This document shows, in pieces, positions 37,101 through 45,035 of a stretch of DNA of 64,000 bases. The DNA comes from Bacteroidota bacterium (GTDB lineage: Bacteria; Bacteroidota; Bacteroidia; Chitinophagales; LD1). The translations under genes were made by a program, and so were the position numbers. The first letter of the stretch is position 1, and each line of letters starts with the position of its first letter. The notes under the pieces were generated by a model. The model had not been told where the DNA came from and did not search any database. It saw only the letters and a program-made list of their open reading frames with translations. Where the stretch lies: NCBI GenBank assembly GCA_947479455.1, contig CANJZE010000001.1, forward strand, positions 109,106-173,105, written 5' to 3'.

Positions 37101-39772
37101 CCTGGAGCTGGACGGGACCAAACAGCTTTACTTCATCGGCACAAAACCCGAGCATTTCAAATTCAACTGCTGCTAACAGCGGAACCTATACAGTAACTGC
37201 AAGCAATGCCTGCGGAACTTCACAAGCAAGTTTAGATGTGGTAGTGAGTGGTACTGCATCAAGTGTTACAGCAACTGCCTCATCCAACGGACTTGTTTGT
37301 AACGGTGCGACTGTAAATTTATCGGCAAGCGGTTTGAACATCAGTTCATATACATGGAGCGGACCAAATGGATTTACTTCAACTCAACAAAATCCTGCAA
37401 TCAATAATGCAACAGTAGCGGCTACAGGAATTTACACGGTAACCGGTTACAATACCTGCGCAAATGTAACGGCAACTGTTTCGGTAGAAGTAGATACACT
37501 GATTCAAAATCTTTCTTCATCAGCTTCACCAAACGATACAGTTTGTGCAAACGCTACTATCAATTTAACTGCAAGTGCCAGTGGAACTACTCTGACAACT
37601 TCATGGACTTGGACAGGGCCAAACAGTTTTAGTGCGGCCACGCAAAATGCTTCGGTGCCAAATGCACAGGCAAATGCGAGTGGCACTTATACGATTACCG
37701 CAACCAATGCTTGTAACACTTCTTCGTCAACGATTAATGTCTTGGTGAACGATGCTATTCAAAACTTAACCGCTACTGCATCGTCAAGCGGAGTTGTTTG
37801 CAGCGGACAAACAGTAAATCTTTCTGCCACAGGAACAAACGTAAACTCATACACCTGGAGCGGACCAAATAATTTTTCATCGTCTTTTCAAAATACTTCT
37901 ATTGACCCTGCATATACTTACAACAGCGGAACCTACACCGTGAGTGCATCGAATGCCTGTGGCAATGTAAGTGCTACGGTTTCTGTGCAAGTAGATACCG
38001 TGATTCAGAACTTTACCGCAGTGGCTGGCGGTGCAGGTGATACAGTTTGTGCAGGTGCAAATATTCAACTCAATGCAAGTGGCACAGGCGTTACATCGTG
38101 GAGTTGGAATGGACCGGGATTTAATTCGGCACAACAAAATGTTTCACTTACGAATGTGCAGGCAGCTAACAGCGGTGCTTACATAGTTACAGGAACTAAC
38201 GCTTGCGGAAGTGCGACTGACACCATTACTGTTTTGGTTAATACTGTTCCTATTACTCCTTCTACAATTATTGGTTCGCTTACTACATGCGGAAACGATA
38301 CAGCAACGTATTCGGTTTCTCCAATTGCCAATGCAACATCATATACATGGACCATCAGCAGCGGTGGAACAATTACTACCGGTCAAGGAACGAATGTAAT
38401 TGTTGTGACTTGGTCAACTGCGGGTAGTTATACGGTTTCGGTTGTTGCTTCGAATAATTGTGGTGGAAGTACAGCTTCTTCTATCAATGTAACAGTGAAT
38501 GCACCTGCACCTGTAATGAGTTCAATCATTGTTGGCGATACGAGTGTTTGCCCCGGAGTATTTCCCTACAGCATCAGCAATATTCCAAATGCAATGAGTT
38601 ATACCTGGACTGTAAATGGAGGAGGAGCTATTGCAAGCGGACAAGGGACAAATGCAGTTACCGTTAACTGGACTACCGCGGGAGTTCACACTGTTTCTGT
38701 TATTGCATCAAACACCTGTGGAAATTCTTCTGCTGAATTGCTCAATGTAAATGTGCATACATCGCCCACTCCTGCAACAGTTACGGTTGATGCAATAAGC
38801 AATACGATTTGCGAAGGAACTACTGCCACACTCACTGCTACAAATTCAGTTGGCGGTATTATCACTTACAACTTTTACGATGCTGCAACGGGAGGAAATT
38901 TTGTAGGCATAAGTCCGCTTACTGTTTCACCAGCTAACACAACTGTTTATTATCTCGAAGTAGTCAATGATTTTGGTTGTACCAATAGCGGTGGAAGAAT
39001 TCCAACAACTATTACCGTGATTCATGCACCTGAAGTTTTAGGAATAAGTACATCGCGCGATTCTGTTTGTTATGGAAACACAACCACACTTACTGCTAAT
39101 GTTTCTCCAACAGGAGCAAGTATAACTTGGTGGGATAGTCCGATTCTCGGAAATCAAATAAGTACAGATAATCCATTCACAACTTCAGTGCTTACACAGT
39201 CGACTATTTTTTATGTTGATGTAACAGTTTCGGGAGTTTGTCATACTTTGTCTGGACGATTTGCAGTTCCTGTTACGGTGATTCCATTGCCGGTAGTTAC
39301 ATTATCTAGCGACAAAGAAGACAACACTGTTTTCCAAAACGAAGTGCTCACGTTTACTGCACTGCCTGATTCATTTGATAATTATGAGTTCTTCTGGAAT
39401 ACTCCACCATCTGTTCAAAGCGAAAGCAAGAACACTTTTGCATCGAGCAGCTTCATCGACAAAGATTCTGTTTGGGTAATTGCCACCGATAACGGTTGTG
39501 CGAGTTTAGAGAGTTATGGAATTGTTCGCGTAGTTGATTTCCCTAACGTATTTACTCCGAACGGTGATGGCAAGAATGATTTCTTCCTTAAAGGATATGA
39601 TTTGGTAATTCTGAATCGTTGGGGACAAGAACTGTATCGCGGCATTGATGGATGGAACGGCACATACAAAGGCGATAAGGTTTCACCAGGCACTTACTAC
39701 TATGTGGTGCAGCTGCAAAACATTACCGACCGCACCACCACAGTAAAAGGAAACGTATTGTTGATTGAATAA
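34157..39772 (+). CDS. giant cell-surface adhesin-like protein with T9SS type B (gliding motility-associated) C-terminal domain
   Basis: Signal peptide MKRIYVLFLLAVALYSSAQ, propeller-like N-terminus and more than 15 Ig/PKD-like modules. C-terminus FPNVFTPNGDGKNDFF...GTYYYVV.... Confidence 0.9.
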   Translation: MKRIYVLFLLAVALYSSAQQTTFRIQYNLGEFDIPSGMVQAPSRNYVFSALVTRNFSGLPLGVQGGLTEVDTNGNHIRSTLYRNGSFTSDVSLNDVKNATGGGYIVTGDAGGQCLVMRLTTAGAVTWQYRYLPVSGASASGARVLQASDGGFVIAGSASGVDPDGAGTIARQDSSKMFCFKVDAGGNLLWMKTFFSTTGFDDDDYLNGLAETTDGYVFVGQATMVAGDGQNDATVLKTDLNGNFQWARRFGNSNDEDVQSVIQDAGNNIVMSGLDNLGGYIYNWSAANAGPSVTGTNTRYYAAGLPVSAGNLTKTFDNNFAVFASGASLFNFTSILLKSNRSTGAVMFAKSYNSFISILPTGIQTVDSGFLINSLSADTTGGIGYYDFGVTKTDVNGNQGGSGCAPTTPPIVTQAYSPTVNTLVPTIVTTSVRNSGGITTASITAGTVINCISVVCNAPPTPTASALPSSICNGSSTVISGSGSGANVTYSVYNALTNGTLLGAAPLTVSPTTTTTYYVQANSTTTPGCVSARSSVTVAVTNPPSAVGSISGLTSVCVGAQTYSISAVGGATSYAWSVSGGGTIQSGQGTTSISVNWTTVGGPYTVSITATNTCGSTSNTKQVTVLGSVSGVTASASPNPACAGNNVVLTGGGTNVTTWTWSGPGGYSSSTQSPTLGNIQTVAAGTYTLSASGACGSGTATVSVAVNAPPTAVGASANPNPACANNTVNLIGSGTNATSWSWSGPNSFSAATQNASVLNAQSNATGTYTVTATNTCGNTTATVNVTVNDIPLSVTATANPTAVCPGAALSLGGSATGATSYSWTGPSFTSSQLNNSITNFQAANAGTYTLTATNLCGSASSPVSVTISSGPINPTANANLTNICSNSNLSLTSSATGATSYQWSGPNGFSSALQNPSVNNITVADSGTYTVVFTNICGTASAFVNIDVDNPIQNITVNAAPNDSVCTGSNINLSASGSNVNTWSWTGPNSFTSSAQNPSISNSTAANSGTYTVTASNACGTSQASLDVVVSGTASSVTATASSNGLVCNGATVNLSASGLNISSYTWSGPNGFTSTQQNPAINNATVAATGIYTVTGYNTCANVTATVSVEVDTLIQNLSSSASPNDTVCANATINLTASASGTTLTTSWTWTGPNSFSAATQNASVPNAQANASGTYTITATNACNTSSSTINVLVNDAIQNLTATASSSGVVCSGQTVNLSATGTNVNSYTWSGPNNFSSSFQNTSIDPAYTYNSGTYTVSASNACGNVSATVSVQVDTVIQNFTAVAGGAGDTVCAGANIQLNASGTGVTSWSWNGPGFNSAQQNVSLTNVQAANSGAYIVTGTNACGSATDTITVLVNTVPITPSTIIGSLTTCGNDTATYSVSPIANATSYTWTISSGGTITTGQGTNVIVVTWSTAGSYTVSVVASNNCGGSTASSINVTVNAPAPVMSSIIVGDTSVCPGVFPYSISNIPNAMSYTWTVNGGGAIASGQGTNAVTVNWTTAGVHTVSVIASNTCGNSSAELLNVNVHTSPTPATVTVDAISNTICEGTTATLTATNSVGGIITYNFYDAATGGNFVGISPLTVSPANTTVYYLEVVNDFGCTNSGGRIPTTITVIHAPEVLGISTSRDSVCYGNTTTLTANVSPTGASITWWDSPILGNQISTDNPFTTSVLTQSTIFYVDVTVSGVCHTLSGRFAVPVTVIPLPVVTLSSDKEDNTVFQNEVLTFTALPDSFDNYEFFWNTPPSVQSESKNTFASSSFIDKDSVWVIATDNGCASLESYGIVRVVDFPNVFTPNGDGKNDFFLKGYDLVILNRWGQELYRGIDGWNGTYKGDKVSPGTYYYVVQLQNITDRTTTVKGNVLLIE
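36031..38243 (+). repeat. coding tandem array: ten ~72-77-aa Ig-like modules
   Basis: Each module has C..G..(L/N)..SG....(S/T)W(S/T)W(S/T)GPN.F(S/T)S..QN.S..N...A.SGTYTV.A.N.CG. Some nucleotide segments are near-identical (36386..36426 vs 37616..37656, 37 of 41). Confidence 0.85.
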
Positions 39773-39782
39773 AAAACTACAA

Positions 39783-39827
39783 CCTCTCCCAACCCTCTCC
39801 GAAGGAGAGGGCTTTAAAGACAAATAC
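39783..39827 (+). repeat. junction hairpin element, copy C
   Basis: CCTCTCCCaa-CCCTCTCCgaa-GGAGAGGG-ctttaaagacaaatac, followed directly by ATG 39828. Confidence 0.75.
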
Positions 39828-41768
39828 ATGAAAAGAATAAAGAACAAAACAATAATTACTACTGCATCAAAGTTTATTTCGTTGCGAGTACTCTGTTTAA
39901 TTTTTATCGGACTAGGAATTGCAATTACATCGTTTGCACAAACCAATCTTGAATTGGCTACTGATGCATTCAACAATAAGCAATACACGGCTGCATTGGA
40001 CTTGTATCAAAAAGTTTTAAAGAAACCCGAGAAGAAAATTGATTTGGCGCAAATCAATTTCAATGTAGCTGAGTGCTATCGCTACACGGGCAAATGGGAT
40101 GATGCAATAAAAGGTTACGACCGCGCGAAAGGCGAAGGTTATCCGAATCCAAATTATCTTTTTCATCAGGGAAATATTTTGATGAAGCAGGCGAAGTATG
40201 ATGAAGCGCAAAAAAAGTTTGAAAGTTTTTTGGCTTCTCAACCGAATGATAAAGATGCAACACGCTTACTCAACAATTGCAAATTTGCTACGAGCGCAGC
40301 ACCCGATGAGTGGCTTTATACTTTCAAAAACGAGAAAGAATTAAACACTACTTACAACGACTACGCTGTTGCCCTAGTAAAATATTTATTGGTTTTTACA
40401 TCATCGAGAATGGATGATAAAGACGAAAAGGTTTACTCGTATGACGGGCAGGGCTTCGCTGATTTTTATCAAACTGCTTATTTCAAAGAAGATAAAACAT
40501 GGAGCAAGGCGAAGAAGATTGAATCGCTGAGTTCTATTGCCAACGATGAATTTCTTTCGTACTGCGAAAAAACAAAGACAGGATATTTTACCCGTTGCAA
40601 CGATGGAAAAACGAAAGATAATTTCTGCAAAATTTATCAGGCAGATTATGATGATGCCGCAAATCTTTGGAGCAATGTGAAAGCTGTTTCGCTTTCTTCT
40701 GCACAGAAATCGGATATGGAACAGCCCGCAATTTCTGCCGATGGCAATCAACTTTTTTTCGTCACCAAAATGGAAGGTGGCAGTGGCGGAGCCGATATCT
40801 GGTATATGCGCAGAAGCGGTGATAGCTGGGGCGATGCAGTGAACGCAGGGAATATTATCAATACAGAATTTGATGAAATGTTTCCGGTGATGCACGATTC
40901 TGTTTTGTGTTTTTCGAGTGATGGACACACAGGTTTTGGTGGATTGGATTTGTTCAGCTCTGTTTATGCAAACGGTGCATGGAGCAAACCAGCCAATTTG
41001 AAATCGCCTTTCAACAGCAGTGCCGATGATTTTTCATTGGTATTTAAAGCCGATGGCAAGAGCGGATATTTTTGTTCGAACAGAAAAGAGGGTGTGGGTG
41101 GTGATGATATTTATTCCTTCTTCCTTACTCCTGTAAATCTTACGGTGAAAGGAAGAATTACCGATGACCCGAACAACACACCAGTTGCAGGAGCAACAGT
41201 TATACTCACCGCTGCTGATGGAACTACCGATACAACAACCACAAACGCGAACGGTGAATACAGTTTCACGCTCGACCAGGATAAAGACTATAAAATAAAT
41301 GTGCTTAGCCCCGGCTACTTTGGTGACTCGCGCAAATTGACAACACAAGGCGAAAAGTATTCGAAAGAATTTTCGAAAGCCAACGGACACAATTACGATT
41401 TCTCGATCAAGCGAATTCCGAAAACAGAAATTAAGATTGACAACATCTATTACGACCTCGACAGTTTTGTATTGCGCGAAACTTCGAAACCCGAACTGGA
41501 TAAACTCGTGAAAATTCTGGAAGACACTCCTGATGCATTTGTGCAAATCAATTCACATACCGATGAGCGCGGTAAACCGGAATACAACAATCTGCTTTCA
41601 GAAAACAGAGCGAAGAGTGTGGTTGACTATTTAATTTTAAAAGGAATAAGCGGAGGAAGATTATCGGCAAAAGGTTTCGGGTTTTCGCAACCCGTAATTA
41701 AAGGTGCAAAAACTGAAGAAGAACATCAGCAAAACAGACGTACAGCGTTTCAGGTAATACAAAAATAA
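39828..41768 (+). CDS. OmpA-family outer-membrane protein (TPR + TolB-like propeller + carboxypeptidase-regulatory-like + OmpA C-terminal domain)
   Basis: Start at MKRIKNK...SFAQ (signal). TPR segment, WD40-like PD40 repeats, GRITDDPNNTPVAGATVIL, and an OmpA motif INSHTDERGKPEYNNLLSENRAKSV. Confidence 0.85.
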   Translation: MKRIKNKTIITTASKFISLRVLCLIFIGLGIAITSFAQTNLELATDAFNNKQYTAALDLYQKVLKKPEKKIDLAQINFNVAECYRYTGKWDDAIKGYDRAKGEGYPNPNYLFHQGNILMKQAKYDEAQKKFESFLASQPNDKDATRLLNNCKFATSAAPDEWLYTFKNEKELNTTYNDYAVALVKYLLVFTSSRMDDKDEKVYSYDGQGFADFYQTAYFKEDKTWSKAKKIESLSSIANDEFLSYCEKTKTGYFTRCNDGKTKDNFCKIYQADYDDAANLWSNVKAVSLSSAQKSDMEQPAISADGNQLFFVTKMEGGSGGADIWYMRRSGDSWGDAVNAGNIINTEFDEMFPVMHDSVLCFSSDGHTGFGGLDLFSSVYANGAWSKPANLKSPFNSSADDFSLVFKADGKSGYFCSNRKEGVGGDDIYSFFLTPVNLTVKGRITDDPNNTPVAGATVILTAADGTTDTTTTNANGEYSFTLDQDKDYKINVLSPGYFGDSRKLTTQGEKYSKEFSKANGHNYDFSIKRIPKTEIKIDNIYYDLDSFVLRETSKPELDKLVKILEDTPDAFVQINSHTDERGKPEYNNLLSENRAKSVVDYLILKGISGGRLSAKGFGFSQPVIKGAKTEEEHQQNRRTAFQVIQK

Positions 41769-41770
41769 CA

Positions 41771-41814
41771 GCCCCCTAACCCCCGAAGGGGGAATAAAGG
41801 CGAATACAAAATAC
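41771..41814 (+). repeat. junction hairpin element, copy D
   Basis: gCCCCCtaa-CCCCCgaa-GGGGG-aataaaggcgaatacaaaatac, followed directly by ATG 41815. Confidence 0.75.
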
Positions 41815-42732
41815 ATGAGTATGAAAAAACTTTTGACATTTTTTGCAGTGGCGCTAACAACTTTAAATCTAAAGGGGCAGAATGAACCTGTGATTGCACA
41901 TTTTGCATATCACACCAATGTGTTTAACCCCGCAGTAAGCGGTAACACGCGCGATATTTATGCGGGTGTTTTGTATCGTCAGCAGTGGGTGGGTTTTAAA
42001 GAAGCGCCCGGCACACTTTTGATTAATGCCTATGGTTTTGTTCCAAAAATAAAAGGCGGAGTTGGTTTGGTGATTAGTAATGATATGCTCGGCAAACAAA
42101 GATTCACTACTGCGAAAGTTTCTTATGCGTATTCACAAAGATTAAATGACCGTTCGCGTTTATCAATTGGTTTAAGTATTGGTTTGCTCAATAGTTTTGT
42201 AAAAGGAGAAGAATTAATTTATCAGCAGAGTGCAGACCAAAGCGGCATCTATTCTAACACGAATCGCTTCAAAGCTTTTCTTGCTGCGGGCGTTGAGTTC
42301 AGCGGTTACAACACTACAATTGGTTTTTCAGTTTCAAATCTCGATCAAGGTTTAAAAAAGGCAACACCGTTTCGTGTGCCGCGCCATTACTTTGGATACG
42401 CTAAATACGATTGGAAGATTAACGACAAGTTGAGTATGACTCCAGCCTTGTTTGTTCGCTCTATTGATTTTATTGCACAAGCCGAAGTGAATGTGAATTT
42501 CACGATTAGAAAACGTGTGGTGGTAGGTGTTCTTTATCGCTCTAACGATGCTGCAGGTTTAATGCTGGGTGTGCACATCACTAAACATCTTCTCGCAAGT
42601 TACGCTTATGATTTTGGTTTTGGTGAATTGCGCAAACATCAAACAGGTTCGCATGAAGTGCAGCTCATTTATCGTTTCGATGGTGTGAAACCGAGAACTG
42701 TTTTTCTAAAAAGTGCGCGCTATTTCAATTGA
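41815..42732 (+). CDS. PorP/SprF-family type IX secretion system membrane protein
   Basis: Signal peptide, then the QNEPVIAHFAYHTNVFNPAVSG family N-terminus. ~300-aa beta-barrel. Lies adjacent to the type B CTD cargo gene. Confidence 0.85.
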   Translation: MSMKKLLTFFAVALTTLNLKGQNEPVIAHFAYHTNVFNPAVSGNTRDIYAGVLYRQQWVGFKEAPGTLLINAYGFVPKIKGGVGLVISNDMLGKQRFTTAKVSYAYSQRLNDRSRLSIGLSIGLLNSFVKGEELIYQQSADQSGIYSNTNRFKAFLAAGVEFSGYNTTIGFSVSNLDQGLKKATPFRVPRHYFGYAKYDWKINDKLSMTPALFVRSIDFIAQAEVNVNFTIRKRVVVGVLYRSNDAAGLMLGVHITKHLLASYAYDFGFGELRKHQTGSHEVQLIYRFDGVKPRTVFLKSARYFN

Positions 42733-42765
42733 TTCTAACTTTCATTTTCAAACCAAAAATTTCTT

Positions 42766-43605
42766 ATGATGAAGAAACTTCAACTCGCTTTTCTATTCGC
42801 AATTATTTCAATTACGGTTTTTGCTCAGTTGGATACCGTATCGAGCCGCTTTGCCAAAATAAACGATGTAAAAATTCACTACAAAATTTACGGAACAGGA
42901 AGCGATGCGCTTTTTCTGTTGCACGGCTCTATGGAATGCATGACCGAATGGGATAGACAGTTGGTTGATCTTTCGAAACGTTATAAAGTGATTGCGATGG
43001 ATAATCGAGGTCACGGCAAGTCCACTTTTACCGATAGAAAAATGGATTACTTTTTAATGAGTCAAGATGTGCTTGCTTTAATGAGTGTTTTGAAAATTGA
43101 TAGTGCACACATCGTTGGTTTTGGCGATGGAGGAATTATCGGCTTGTATCTGGCTATCACCCATCCCGAAAAAGTAAGAAAGTTGGTTGCCATTGGTGCA
43201 AACTACAAAGTAGATACAAGTGTGGTGTATCACGAAGTGTTGGAGAAAGTAAAAGCCTGGGATGATGATAAAGTTTATTCGTTTGTGCGAAATAATTTTC
43301 GCGGTTGGCCAAACGACAACTTGCTTACACAGTTTACATCGCGCATGAAAACCATGTTACTTACCGAACCAAATTTGACCATAACAGATTTGAATAAAAT
43401 AAAGTGCCCTGCACTTTTTATGACAGGCGACCACGACATCATCAAGATGTCGCACACGAGCGAAATGTTTGAAAGCGTTCAGCGGGGATATCTTGCGGTA
43501 ATTCCCGGTGCAAAACATTATCCTCAAAAAGACAAACCCGCTGTAGTCAACTCTATCATTCTTGATTTTTTGAGCAAGAAGTTTATAAAACTTGCGCGAT
43601 TCTAA
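42766..43605 (+). CDS. secreted alpha/beta hydrolase
   Basis: Signal peptide, LFLLHGSMEC, HIVGFGDGG nucleophile-elbow region and a C-terminal GAKHYP histidine region. Confidence 0.7.
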   Translation: MMKKLQLAFLFAIISITVFAQLDTVSSRFAKINDVKIHYKIYGTGSDALFLLHGSMECMTEWDRQLVDLSKRYKVIAMDNRGHGKSTFTDRKMDYFLMSQDVLALMSVLKIDSAHIVGFGDGGIIGLYLAITHPEKVRKLVAIGANYKVDTSVVYHEVLEKVKAWDDDKVYSFVRNNFRGWPNDNLLTQFTSRMKTMLLTEPNLTITDLNKIKCPALFMTGDHDIIKMSHTSEMFESVQRGYLAVIPGAKHYPQKDKPAVVNSIILDFLSKKFIKLARF

Positions 43606-43614
43606 AAATGAGAA

Positions 43615-43680
43615 GTTTGTCCTGCTGGGCTTGTCGAAGCATTTTTTGTGTGTCACCCTTCGACCCGCTCAGGGTGACAT
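43615..43680. repeat. palindromic intergenic element of the 'MLRQAQ.D / VTLS.SKG'-encoding type
   Basis: 8-bp perfect stem gtcaccct (43652..43659) / agggtgac (43671..43678). Longer imperfect arms: gtcctgctgggcttgtcgaagc vs ccttcgacccgctcagggtgac. Confidence 0.6.
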
Positions 43681-43709
43681 AATGTTTTATAACCAATAAA
43701 ATAACGCGC

Positions 43710-45029
43710 ATGTCAGGATGGTCAACCACCACAAGTAATTTTTTCAATCGCTCCGTTGTTCCTCTTTTACTCATGACGCTTACTCCGCCATTCGCTATGT
43801 TGATGTGGCATACGAATGTTGAACTCAACGGTTCATTCATTTCGTTAGGCAATGAAATTTTAGAAAAAGGAATTATTCAAATCATCAAAGATGTTTGGTT
43901 GTCGCGCTTCTTTGGTTCAGTAATGGCGTGGAAGATGATTGGAATTTTTGCTGTGTTTCAATTGTTGCTGATGAAAATTTTGCCCGGCAAAAAATACAAA
44001 GGCAACATTACCGCTATGGGCAACGTGCCCGAATACATCGACAACGGACTTTTTTCTTACCTGCTTACGTTCGCTATCTATTTTTTCTGCTCGCTGTATC
44101 TTCAACTTTTTCCTGCAGGAATTATCTATCACCAGTTTGGCGATTTATTAGGCGCACTCAATTTCACCGCTTTGATTTTTTGTTTGTTCCTGTATGTGAA
44201 AGGAAGATTTTTTCCTTCATCAACCGATAACTCGCACACCGGCAATTTCATTTTCGATTACTACTGGGGCACCGAATTATACCCGCGCATTTTGGATTGG
44301 GATATAAAGCAGTTTACCAATTGCCGCTTTGGTATGACAGGCTGGTCGCTCGCTGTGGTATCGTTTGCCTTTGCTCAAAAAGAAATTTACGGCTCGGCAG
44401 ATTGGAGCATTATTATTTCTGCTGCCTTGCTCTTCATTTATCTGTTCAAGTTTTTTGTGTGGGAAAGCGGCTACATGAAATCAATGGATATTCAGGTTGA
44501 CCGCGCGGGTTATTATATCTGCTGGGGCTGTTTGGTTTGGGTGCCCGCCATTTATACTTCGCCCATCATGTTCATGGTCAATCATCCCATCGGTTTGAAC
44601 ATATTTTTTGCGGCATTAATTTTTATTCTTGGTTTCGTTTCTATCTGGTTGAACTATTGGGCCGATTATCAGCGGCAGGAAGTGCGCGCTAGCAATGGCA
44701 AAACAAAAATTTGGGGAAAAGAACCTGTGCTTATCAATGCAAGCTATGTTACCGAAACAGGAGAAAAGAAATCTAATTTACTATTGGCTTCCGGCTTTTG
44801 GGGCGTGGCTCGGCACTTTCATTACGTGCCCGAAATACTTGCTGCATTTTTCTGGAGTTGCGCAACAGGCTTCACCTTCTTCGCTCCTTTCTTTTATGTT
44901 CTATTTCTTACTGTTCTTCTCACTCACCGCGCGTTTAGAGATGACACCAAATGCAGAAATAAATATGGCGAAGACTGGAACAAGTACTGCGCCATCGTTC
45001 GTTACAAAATTATTCCGGGTATAGTGTAA
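43710..45029 (+). CDS. ERG4/ERG24-family sterol reductase homologue (7-dehydrocholesterol / C-14 / C-24(28) reductase-like), polytopic membrane protein
   Basis: LLASGFWGVARHFHYVPEILAAFFWS and C-terminal LLTHRAFRDDTKCRNKYGEDWNKYCAIVRYKIIPGIV family signatures. 439 aa, many TM segments. Confidence 0.75.
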   Translation: MSGWSTTTSNFFNRSVVPLLLMTLTPPFAMLMWHTNVELNGSFISLGNEILEKGIIQIIKDVWLSRFFGSVMAWKMIGIFAVFQLLLMKILPGKKYKGNITAMGNVPEYIDNGLFSYLLTFAIYFFCSLYLQLFPAGIIYHQFGDLLGALNFTALIFCLFLYVKGRFFPSSTDNSHTGNFIFDYYWGTELYPRILDWDIKQFTNCRFGMTGWSLAVVSFAFAQKEIYGSADWSIIISAALLFIYLFKFFVWESGYMKSMDIQVDRAGYYICWGCLVWVPAIYTSPIMFMVNHPIGLNIFFAALIFILGFVSIWLNYWADYQRQEVRASNGKTKIWGKEPVLINASYVTETGEKKSNLLLASGFWGVARHFHYVPEILAAFFWSCATGFTFFAPFFYVLFLTVLLTHRAFRDDTKCRNKYGEDWNKYCAIVRYKIIPGIV

Positions 45030-45035
45030 GAGCAA

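Noticed and set aside
34157-39772. Regularly spaced ~220-nt repeats that could be mistaken for a CRISPR-like or satellite array.
   Set aside because: They are in-frame protein modules of one uninterrupted 1871-aa ORF. Repeat length and divergence do not fit CRISPR repeats and spacers.
39765-39827. Tracked ORF start at 39765 gives the OmpA-family protein the N-terminus MNKKLQPLPTLSEGEGFKDKY.
   Set aside because: These codons are simply hairpin copy C read in frame, and the start overlaps the adhesin stop. The ATG at 39828 is followed by a proper signal peptide (MKRIKNK...SFAQ).
40401-41546. Long antisense ORFs, for example 40401..40928 (175 aa) and 41034..41546 (170 aa). Others include 57717..58334 (205 aa), 488..898, 32660..33076 and 12340..12756.
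   Set aside because: Each lies fully inside and opposite a gene with strong motif support. Their sequences are low-complexity or Cys/Phe-rich and lack motifs. They are typical shadow ORFs.
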